NCBI GenBank assembly: GCA_951406725.2
Contig: OX597823.1
Location: 11,222,001-11,286,000 of the forward strand
Source: Octopus vulgaris
Taxonomy: Eukaryota
Length of the DNA stretch: 64,000 bases
Direction: 5' to 3'
The notes below the pieces were generated by a model that was given only the letters and a program-made list of their open reading frames with translations, was not told the DNA's origin and did no database searches. This document shows positions 53,706-64,000 of the stretch, in pieces. A program made the translations under genes and the position numbers. The first letter of the stretch is position 1. The number at the start of each line of letters is the position of its first letter.

Positions 53706-54605
53706 ATCATCATCATCATCATTTAACATCTGTTCTCCATGCGGATATGGATTGAGTGGATTGACAAGATCCAACAAGCCGGATGTCTGCGGCAGGCAGC
53801 AATCATTGTTCTGGCTGGGTTCCAACAGTTAAATACCCATTCTAACATCAACAACTTTTACAGGTTTCTCTCTTCAGCAAGTTCATCCACATTTAGCAAT
53901 GAGCTCTTCCTTATACAGCTGTCCTCATCCTTAAGCATCACAAGACCGTACCAATGCAGTCTTCTCTTCCATACACCACATCTGATGCCTTGTATGTCCA
54001 GGTTTTCTATCAACGTATGCACTTTGTCATACAAGTACACTGATGTTGCATGACCAACAGAATATTCCATTCTCGTATTTGTATGTTCTCTACATTCAGT
54101 TGCACATCTCACTACCATGTAGCCCTGCTGTTCATATGCAACAATCATATTATCTACCTTTTACTCTGAGAGGTTTTCTTTCTGTTTTTTCTTCCCCTCC
54201 CCCACTGCCCCTTCTTTTTTCCTTGTCAACAGAAGTAATATCTCTCTGAACTTTCTCCCATCTTGTTCTCATTCTAGCAACTATACTTTCAGAACATCTT
54301 CCTATTCCGTTAATTTAGTCGCTCAAACAACAGAAACTGTCTACTAGCTCTAGGGAACCTCCGGGGCATATGAGAAAATCCTTAGTGCTTATTGCTCCTG
54401 TGCATCTACTACACACAAAGTCTACTTCATCTATTACCTTCCTGTGATTCCACTTCTCATCGTGTGTGTCAATAGCTTGCACTGGGTATACTATATGGAA
54501 TTCTTGCTTATACCGTTCCTACTTATTAAAGAGAGCCATTTACCTAAAGAGAGTCCTGCCTGTTGTTTTTCTGTCCACTTGAACTTTGGTCTTTGCTAAG
54601 TTACC
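53706..54605 (-). mobile_element. Highly degenerate RTE 3' portion
   Basis: CGVWKRRLHWYGLVMLKDEDSCIRK matches the intact ORF2 C-terminus, and a (CAT)n tail is present. Confidence 0.85.
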
Positions 54606-54665
54606 TTTGTATGTGTACATGCATGCATAGACACAAACCACACAATGTATATATATATATATATA

Positions 54666-54970
54666 TCTTTATATATAAAACTGGAGTTGTGTGTGTGTGT
54701 CTGTCTACTCCAATTTAGATTCCTAACTCCTCCCACATTTTGCGGTGCAGTTTAACCAAAAGCGGGTATCTTATAGTCGTAATTCATATCAAGCCCTTCT
54801 GGGTATTAGCGCATGTCTACGATGAGTCTACAATTTTAAAAAAAATTACCATCATTTTTCCGCATTTTTAATGCATTTTTTGCTCGGTTTATATAAGGGA
54901 AGTAACTCTCTAAAAATGCTTATATAGTTATTTCCCTTACAAACCCGAGCAACACCGGGCAATACTGCTA

Positions 54971-54971
<1 letters not shown>
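54666..54971 (+). mobile_element. Non-autonomous Helitron
   Basis: A|TC...hairpin CCCGAGCAACACCGGG...CTAG|T inside (TA)n. Homologous to 24567-24955. Confidence 0.88.
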
Positions 54972-55021
<50 letters not shown>

Positions 55022-55109
55022 GTGGATATAGAGGTCTTCAAAAAGTGACTTGATATATCTATGTCTGCACTTGACCACTCTTGCACTTAAAAGAATTAGC
55101 AAAAGTCTG

Positions 55110-56260
55110 GTTAGGCTTATTCCGTATTTGATCTTACATGATTACCTAGTTCATATAGTTCAGAATCTCTATCAGAGCTGGAAGAAGAAATTCCGGATAT
55201 GGAGGCAAAACTTGAAACTGAAACCCCTGAAAGTATACTTAGCAGAGACTGAAGTCTTAATGAGTTGGAAACAAAACAGAACCCTGCTACAATGAGGGAA
55301 ATAGCCATGCTGGGACTACAGGAAAGAGAATAGTTAGAAAGTCCCTATAGCGAGCCAAGGATACATAATTGACATACAAGTAGTGAAATGGAAGACTACT
55401 AGGGAAGCTAGACTTAATATGTGGCAGGTGTACAGTAGCAGTAATCACTAAGAGCATATATGAAATAGACTCACTTAAGTACTCTGAAAATTCCCGAGAA
55501 GTAGTTGACGATACCCATGTAACCTAATTAGCAGTGACATCATCATCATCGTCATTGTTCGACCGTGGTCGAGACAATGGAATTTACCATGCTACGCCAG
55601 CAAACTGGACTTTCTTACCTTTCACAAGAGATGACACAGGTGGTAGTTTCCCATATATTTGCATTTTGGTTGGATGGCGCTTCCACGAGAGATTTTGAGC
55701 TCTCATAAGGAGGCGAGTGTAGGCTCCATCCAACCGCCTCTCAAACTTCTTTGATAACGTCCAGGTTTCTGAGCCATATAGTAGAATTGGTTCAACTGTG
55801 GCTTTGAAGATTTCAAGTTTGAAGTCTCTACTTAGATTTGATGACCAGATCTTATGAGTGGCAGTGAGTATTCTGAAAGCACAGTAGCCAGAATAAGAAG
55901 AGAATGAAGCAAGTTTAGGGCTCTGTCAATTCTGTTGATGACAAAGGGATTCTTCTTCAGAATGGAAAGCAGATTGTATAATATTTGTGTATAAAGTGTG
56001 ATGCTACTTGGGACTGACATGATAATTATATATGTTAAATCTTTGTGAAGGTTAGTAAAAATGACTTCCCTGACTGTGTAATGTTTATGTGCATATACAA
56101 CAGAGTACATATGAACTGAGAAGTAAACTGACTATTAGGGGATTCCAATGCAGTGTGCAATAGATAAGATAGCATTATTGCGAGCATGAGATGCATATGG
56201 AGGATGACAGCTATGTTCAAAGTGAATAGAGTCCTTGGAAAAAAGAAATGAAAAGAAATA
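55110..56260 (+). mobile_element. Very degenerate RTE ORF2 fragment (+), interrupted at 55538-55832
   Basis: Residual nucleotide similarity to the sense strand of the RTE (ELEEKF, gaaagcacagtagccagaataaga). Confidence 0.6.
55538..55832 (-). mobile_element. Internally deleted 3' end of a second RTE family
   Basis: The minus strand translates FKLEIFKATVEPILLYGSETWTLSKKFERRLDGAYTRLLMRAQNLSWKRHPTK and ends in (GAT)n. Confidence 0.8.
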
Positions 56261-56284
56261 TATATATATATATATATATATATA

Positions 56285-56689
56285 GTGGCTGTGTAGTAAG
56301 TAGCTTGTTTACCAACCACATGGTTCCGGGTTCAGTCCCATTGCGTGGCACCTTGGGCAAGTGTCTTCTACTATAGCCTCGGGCTGACCAAAGCCTTGTG
56401 AGTGGATTTGGTAGATGGAAACTGAAAGAAGCCCGTCGTATATATGTATATATATATATATATATGCGTGTGTGTGTTTGTGTGTCTGTGTTTGTCCCCC
56501 TACCATTGCTTGACAACCGATGCTGGTGTGTTTATGTCCCCGTTACTTAGCGGTTCGGCAAAAGAGACCGATAGAATAAGTACTGGGCTTACAAAAGAAT
56601 AAGTCCCAGGTCCGAGTTGCTCGATTAAGGGCGGTACTCCAGCATGGCTGCAGTCAAATGACTGAAACAAGTAAAAGAGTAAAAGAGTA
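56285..56689 (+). mobile_element. SINE family A
   Basis: Colinear with 7121-7536. Confidence 0.9.
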
Positions 56690-56872
56690 CTGCAATGAAT
56701 TTAGTATGCAGGTAGGAGTTCCACAAGGGTTCAGTGCTAATTTAAGATTAGTTGAACTTGGGAACTGCAATATGTCTACAGCCTCGTTTTTGTAGCACAT
56801 TCTGCAGTAGAATTAATAAATGATTACCAAGTGTGAAAGCAGAACCTGGATTCAAAGGGCCTTACAACCAAC

Positions 56873-57089
56873 CTCTTTTACTCTTTTACTCTTTTACTGG
56901 TGTCAGTCATTTGACTGTGGCCATGCTGGAGCACCGCCTTTAGTCGAGCAAATCGACCCCGGGACTTATTCTTTGTAAGCCCAGTACTTATTCTATCGGT
57001 CTCTTTTGCCGAACCGCTAAATGACGGGGACGTAAACACATCAGCATCGGTTGTCAAGCAATGCTAGGGAGACAAACACAGACACACAA

Positions 57090-57130
<41 letters not shown>

Positions 57131-57296
57131 TATGACAGGCTTCTTTCAGTTTCCGTCTACCAAATCCACTCACAAGGCATTGGTCGGCCCGGGGCTATAG
57201 CAGAAGACACTTGCCCAAGATGCCACACAGTGGGACTGAACCCGGAACCATGTGGTTGGTTAGCAAGCTACTTACCACACAGCCACTCCTGCACCT
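56873..57296 (-). mobile_element. SINE family A, inserted in a degenerate plus-strand RTE fragment (about 56690-57590)
   Basis: Reverse complement of 7121-7536. The flanks resemble RTE ORF2 (QVGVPQG; [12 protein letters not shown]). Confidence 0.9.
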
Positions 57297-58097
57297 ATAG
57301 CCACTCCTGTGCCTAGTTAAGTTAGTAAAGTTCTAGATAGTAAAGTTCTTGTTTGCAGGTAAACAGACAGGAACCTACTCTCTTCAGGAAAATAACACTG
57401 CACATTATGTAGGGAAGCTGTTGGTAGAAATTCCATTAAGTGTACTCAGTGCAAACTATGGACACACAAGAGGTGCAGCGAGATCATAAGAAGGTTGACT
57501 GAGAAAGTAGATTTTTCATGTGGCAAATGTACAGGAGTGATAAATGCTGAGGATACACTGAGAAATAATTTTCTCAAATGTTCAGGAGTAATATCAATAT
57601 TATGATATTGCCTTGGTTAGCAAAGCTATATACAGTTTAGAGTAGATGTACATTTGAATATTTGAATCCTCTAGGTGATGTTACAACTTTTTCCTGCTTA
57701 CTTCTATATAATATCTTATATTTATGAGTGTGTATGTATGAGTGTATGTGCATTACATATATACTCATACATACACGCTATATATATGTATATTACATAT
57801 ATATATGTGTGTGTGTGTGTATGTATACATATATATATATATATTTCAGTGTGAGTTAGAGGTTGAGAAACCAACTAAGGGATAGCACCTATCCAATATA
57901 CTGCTGGTAGTGTACCCAATTATTCATACCCAAGTGCTAGTTATTGCATGGCAATCTCGCAATTGAGTGTTATATATGGGTGGGGGTAAGAAGTGGTTTA
58001 CCCTTGATTTATATGGCAAATGAGAAAGTGGAGAGGATACAAAATGCTTACCGGGCTGATGCCTGTCAATTTTGTATCCCCTCCACTTTCTTATTTG

Positions 58098-58131
<34 letters not shown>

Positions 58132-58144
58132 GTGTGTGCGTGTG

Positions 58145-58196
<52 letters not shown>

Positions 58197-58308
58197 TCTG
58201 TATGTGTGTGTGTGTGTATATGTACATATGTATATGTATGTATGTGTTTGTGTATATAGCCCCAGCATGGCCACAGCTCGTGAGCTGAAACTAGATAAAA
58301 TAAAAAAT

Positions 58309-58343
<35 letters not shown>

Positions 58344-58357
58344 CATATATATATATA

Positions 58358-58413
<56 letters not shown>

Positions 58414-58485
58414 CATACATTTATATACATATATATATATGTGTGTGTGTATGTGTATATATATATATACACATATACATATGTA

Positions 58486-61455
58486 CATCATCATCATCAT
58501 CATCATCATTTAGCGTCCGTTTTCCATGCTAGCATGGGTTGGACAGTTCTGCTGGGGTCTGTGAAGCCAGAAGGCTTCATCAGGCCCAGTCAAATCTGGC
58601 AGTGTTTCTACGGCTGGATGCCCTTCCTAACGCCAACCACTCCGTGAGTGTAGTGGGTGCTTTTTACGTGCCACCCGCACTGGTGCCAGACAGAGCTGGC
58701 AAACGGCCACGAACGGATGGTGCTTTTTATGTGCCACCGGCACGAGGGCCAGGCGAGGCTGGCAACGGACACGAAACGGGGCGGTGCTGGCAACGGTCGC
58801 GAAACGGAAAGTTCTCTTACATGCCACCGGCACTGGTAACACATCTGCAATTTCCATTGATCGATTTCCATTGATCGATTTCGATTCTGATCCTCACTTG
58901 CCTCAATGGGTCTTCACAAGCAGAGTTTCGACATGCCACCGGCACTGGTAGCACATCCGCAATTTCCATTAATCGATTTCGATTCTGATCCTCACTTGCC
59001 TCAACACGTCTTCACAAGTAGAGTTTTGTGTCCCAAGAAGGGAAGGTATGCATACGTAGGCTGGCTCCATCCCATGTAGAAGGCCACGGGTTGTGGACTC
59101 ACTTGTCCTGCCGGGTCTTCTCGCGCACAGCACACTTCCAGAGGTCTCGGTCTCTAGTCATTTCCTCAGTGAGACCTAAAGTTCGAAGGTCGTGCTTCAC
59201 CACCTCGTCCCAGGTTTTCCTGGGTCTGCCTCTTCCACAGGTTCCCTCAACCGCTAGGGCGTGGCACTTTTTCACACAACTATCTTCATCCATTCTCGCC
59301 ACATGACCATACCAGCGCAAACGTCTCTCTTGCACACCACAACTGATGCTTCTTAGGTCCAGCTTTTCTCTCAAGGTACTTACACTCTGCCGAGTGTGAG
59401 TACTGGCATTACACATCCATCGGAGCATACTGGCTTCATTTCTAGCGAGCTTACGCATATCCTCAGCAGTCACGGCCCATGTTTCACTGCCATGTAGCAT
59501 GGCTGTTCGTACACACGCATCATACAGTCTGCCTTTCACTCTGTGCGAGAGGCCTTTTGTCACCAGCAGAGGTAAGAGCTCTCTGAACTTTGCCCAAGCT
59601 ATTCTTACTCTAGCAGTTACACTTTCAGCACACCCGCCCCCGCTGCTGACTTGGTCACCTAGGTAACGGAAACTATCAACTATTTCTAGTTTTTCTCCCT
59701 GGAAAGTGACAGAAGTTGGTCTCAGAGCATTTTCAGTGTTTATTGTTCCTGAGCATCTGCCACATACAAAAACCATCTTCCTAGTTAGCCTTCCTTTGAC
59801 ATTGCTGCATCTCTTATGTGTCCATAGCTTACACTTGGTGCATCTTATAGAGTTTCTACCTACACCTTTTCTACAGATCGAGCAGGGCCATCTACCTGAA
59901 GGTGTTTGTGATTTGTCAACCTTCCTACTGATTACGACTTTGGTTTTAGCTAGATTGACTCTAAGGCCCTTCGATTCTAATCCTTGTTTCCACACCTGAA
60001 ACTTCTCCTCCATTTCTGATAGCGACTCAGCAATTAGAGCAAGGTCATCAGCATAGAGGAGCTCCCAAGGGCATCCTGTCTTGAATTCCTCCGTTATTGC
60101 CTGGAGGACTATGATAAATAGGAGGGGGCTGAGGACTGAGCCTTGGTGGACCCCTACCTCTACCCGGAATTCTTCACTGTACTCATTTCCAACCCTCACC
60201 CTACTAGCGGCGTCCCTATACATGGCCCGCACAGCTCTCACTAACCATTCATCTATCCCTAGTTTTCTCATTGCCCACCAGATAAGGGATCGGGGGACCC
60301 TGTCGAAGGCTTTCTCCATGTCAACAAAAGCCAGGTACAGGGGCTTATCTTTGGCTAGGTATTTCTCCTGCAGCTGCCTTACCAGGAATATAGCATCAGT
60401 AGTACTTTTCCCTGGCACAAACCCAAACTGCATCTCATCTAAACTAACTCTCTCTCTAATTAGTTGGGCTATGACCCTCTCTGTAACCTTCATCACCTGG
60501 TCCAACAGCTTGATACCTCTGTAGTTATTTGTATCTAGGGCATCACCTTTACCTTTGTAGCAGTTGACTATTATACTGCTACACCAGTCATTGGGTATGA
60601 CCCCTTTGTGTATCACCTGATTAACTATATGGGTGACTAGGCTATAGCCAACACTACCAGACATTTTGAGCATCTCTGCAGTGATTCCTGATGGGCCTGG
60701 GGCTTTCCCTGTCTTCATGCTTCTAATTGCCTTAGCTACCACAGAACTATCAACTCGGATAGCTGGTCCCTCTGTTGGGTCAACATTCGGCAGACTCTCT
60801 TTATCCCATTCATTTTCTTCATTCAGCAACCTTTCATAGTGGCATCTCCAAACCTCTCTCTTTGCATCCTCATTTAGCGCAAGTGAACCATCTTCCATGC
60901 GAACACACTTCTCTCCTACCACATCACGATTCTCTCTCACACACTGTCTTGCAACACGAAACACCTCCAGTTTTTGGTCCTCACGGCGCAGAACATTGGC
61001 AAATTTTTTCTTATCTGCTTCCCCTCTGGCTAAATAAACCTGTCTCCTAGCTTCTCTTTTGGCAGTCTGATACAATTCCCTGCTACCCCCATTTTTCCAG
61101 ACCTTCCAAGCCTGTCTCTTTTCTCTAATAGCCCTGTCTACAATGTTGTTCCACCACCACGTTATTCTAGGTCGAGAGGGGACTTTGCACCAGCCACAGA
61201 TCTGGTCAGTGGCTCTCAGCAGGTTGTCCCTTAGAAACGTCCAGCTGTCTTCTACCCCCTGTGATGCTCTATCCCCTTCTACTTCGTCAGAGGCTTCAAG
61301 TAATATGTCCCTAAATCTCTGTCCATTTGCAGGATCTTTAAGCTTCCAGATCCTTCTTCTCCATATTTGTCGTCTTCTGGTTGTCCTCCTAGTCCTGATC
61401 CTAAAGTCACTAACTACCAGTCTATGTTGTGGGGTACATTCTTCACCTGGGAAGG
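58486..61455 (-). mobile_element. Young 5'-truncated RTE-clade LINE with 3' UTR and (GAT)n tail
   Basis: Uninterrupted ORF2, about 610-nt 3' UTR, (GAT)n tail, and candidate TSD TACATATGTA at 58476-58485 and 61456-61465. Confidence 0.95.
59099..61455 (-). CDS. RTE ORF2 (end of APE domain, RT, PHD-like finger, C-terminal domain), 5' truncated with no genuine start
   Basis: [77 protein letters not shown]. The MYINV.. N-terminus in the ORF track is microsatellite. Confidence 0.95.
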
Positions 61456-61458
61456 TAC

Positions 61459-61515
<57 letters not shown>

Positions 61516-61522
61516 CATTTAT

Positions 61523-61598
<76 letters not shown>

Positions 61599-61620
61599 AT
61601 AAATGTATGTATATATATAT
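61456..61620. repeat. (TA)n microsatellite
   Basis: Read directly from the sequence. Confidence 0.95.
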
Positions 61621-61847
61621 ATTGTTACTATTATGCAAAAGTATCGTAATTCCAAAACCTTGCTTTTTTAGAAAACAGAAAAGTAGTTTCACCATTCCAT
61701 CATTCCATTGCAAAACCGTTATACTACACTTTGACAATTTTTGATATCTTGGCATCTGAAGCAGCTTGCCAAATTTGGACATACAATAGTTTAACATAAT
61801 AGTAACAATATAAATGTCTCTCTCTCTTTCTCTCACTCTCTCTCTTG

Positions 61848-61886
<39 letters not shown>

Positions 61887-61984
61887 AGTATCACTATCTG
61901 TATATGTATGTGTGTGTGTGCATCTATACTCCTATGCATGAAGAGATGTTTGCCTGCTACGAGCTTAGCTCCCAACTGATGCTA

Positions 61985-62125
61985 GCACTCTTTTTCAGCT
62001 GAGTTAACTTGGGTATCATGAAATGAATTGCTTTGCTTATGAGCCCAACATACCACTCAGTCCAGGAATCAGCTCCGTGACCTTTTGATTTTAAGCCTAA
62101 TATCCTAACCTCTAAGTTATTTGCC
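61985..62125 (-). mobile_element. SINE family D 5' fragment
   Basis: Colinear with 36225-36365 (cagctgagt...cagtccaggaatca). Confidence 0.55.
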
Positions 62126-62150
62126 TTTGCTTTCTATCTGTCTGTCTCTC

Positions 62151-62185
<35 letters not shown>

Positions 62186-62280
62186 TGAGAGAGACAATAT
62201 ATATATATACTAAGAGAGACAATATATATATTTCCATAAACCTGCCTTCGTCTTTTGTCTATTTTCATAAAGCTTCCCGT

Positions 62281-62420
62281 TATATATATATATGTATGTA
62301 TGTATGTATGTATATATATATATATAAATATGTATGTATGTATATACATATATATATATATGTATGTATATATATATATATATATATGTATATAAATATA
62401 TATATGTATGTATGTATGTA

Positions 62421-62456
<36 letters not shown>

Positions 62457-62478
62457 TATATATATATATGTATGTATA

Positions 62479-62510
<32 letters not shown>

Positions 62511-62513
62511 GTA

Positions 62514-62604
<91 letters not shown>

Positions 62605-62722
62605 GTATGTATGTGTGTATATATATATGTGTGTGTATATATGTATGTATATCTATATATATATATATTTATATACAGTGTGTGTGTGTATATATTATAT
62701 ATACACACATACACACGCACAT
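62281..62722. repeat. (TA)/(TATG) microsatellite
   Basis: Read directly from the sequence. Confidence 0.95.
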
Positions 62723-63669
62723 ATCAATCTCTAAATAATTAATGACAACCACTTTCGATTTTACAACATAAGAGATTAATTATATTTGTCTTTTGTTATG
62801 TTCATTATGAATATTCACAATTCAGTTTAGAATATTTATCGAAATAGTATCTAATGGTTAACTGACTTAACGAATGCAGGATTAATGAAAATCAGCCACA
62901 GTAACCTATCATTGTCCAATTATTCCCATCCTTGCCAGTCTTTCTTGCCCCTTCTACTGCCACTCTAATGCAGATATGGAACAAGTATTATGGCTGTTGT
63001 CAATTTTATTTTGTGATAAATGTGATAAATTTCACCTACCATATATTCTGTTTATTAACAATGATATATTTTATTCAACCAAGTAATATATTTGTGAAAA
63101 ATTTACACCACATTCACCACCATAACTGGAAATAAAAGTGGCCGGGTACCATAAATATCTCTATCACATTATAGTCTATCACTCATAATTTAAGGTAAAA
63201 GTAGGTCATATTTAGAATTATTCTTTCCATTATATAAAGATAATTGTCTTTTTCTTGCAAAAAATGAAAATATAATAAATTTGGCATTTAATTTTGTGTT
63301 AAATTTCTATTTCAAAATTGGAGTGTATGTTAAGATTAAATAGTTTATTTCACTTGGTATGAAGTTTCTAATCTCTCTCACTCCCTCTCTCCCTTTCCCC
63401 TCTCTCTCTTTCTCCCTGTCTCTCTCTGTTTTTTTGAAAATCAAAATAGATATTTTGTAATTACAATATCAATGAATACTTGCACTATGATAGATATTAC
63501 CCTGTATTTTACAAATTCATCATCATTAAGTAGAATTAATTGTAATTGTGATCATTTTGTTTTATTTAATTATGCTCTCCATACAGGTAAATCAGTCAAA
63601 GTCAAACCCCAAAATATTGATTTATAATTGATAACTAAGGTGACCATCATATCTACTGAAACGAATCAC

Positions 63670-63702
63670 GTGCATGCACACACGCACACGTTCTCTCACA
63701 CG

Positions 63703-63781
<79 letters not shown>

Positions 63782-63800
63782 ATTTACACATACACTCAGA
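63670..63800. repeat. (CA)n microsatellite
   Basis: Read directly from the sequence. Confidence 0.95.
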
Positions 63801-64000
63801 CATATGTATGTATACACATGCATCCAAAACCTCTCTGCATGGTGGCAGATCATAAATCATCATTAATGTTGTCGTATATGTATCATTTTATTTAATATAT
63901 GATGGGGTGTATTTATTTAAGGCAATAACCATATCAAGCTTAATATTTTTATACATTTTTCATCAATGATAGATTTGATGAACTTGTAAATTACAGGTAT

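Noticed and set aside
59706-61050. Plus-strand ORFs overlapping the RTE
   Set aside because: Antisense shadows of the RT coding sequence.
61456-61528. Apparent ATG start and N-terminus of the 809-aa ORF
   Set aside because: It derives from the flanking TA microsatellite. The element is 5' truncated in the APE domain.

Overview
AT-rich, microsatellite-saturated eukaryotic DNA whose repeat families (tRNA-derived SINEs with internal TA/TG tracts, RTE LINEs with (GAT)n tails) look like a coleoid cephalopod, most likely Octopus (inference). Nearly all ORF-track entries are microsatellite or TE artefacts. The one long real ORF is a 5'-truncated but uninterrupted RTE-clade LINE ORF2 (59099-61455, minus strand) with a PHD-type zinc finger inside the RT region. 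The window also holds many RTE and CR1-like fragments, at least four SINE families, two non-autonomous Helitrons, piggyBac, hAT and Tc1/pogo-like MITEs, and a 103-bp-arm palindrome. One good internal exon (10853-10926, +) and a few weaker candidates suggest that the window is mostly intron of a large plus-strand gene. The most notable signal is a set of type I hammerhead ribozyme motifs. The best is in a 364-bp, highly structured, terminally redundant non-coding element (4526-5023, retrozyme or Penelope pseudo-LTR like) whose core carries a compensatory U3-A8 pair. A second has a canonical core (30890-30984), and degenerate ones lie at 6905-7095, about 36963 and possibly about 34350. All coordinates and alignments were read by eye and no searches were run.
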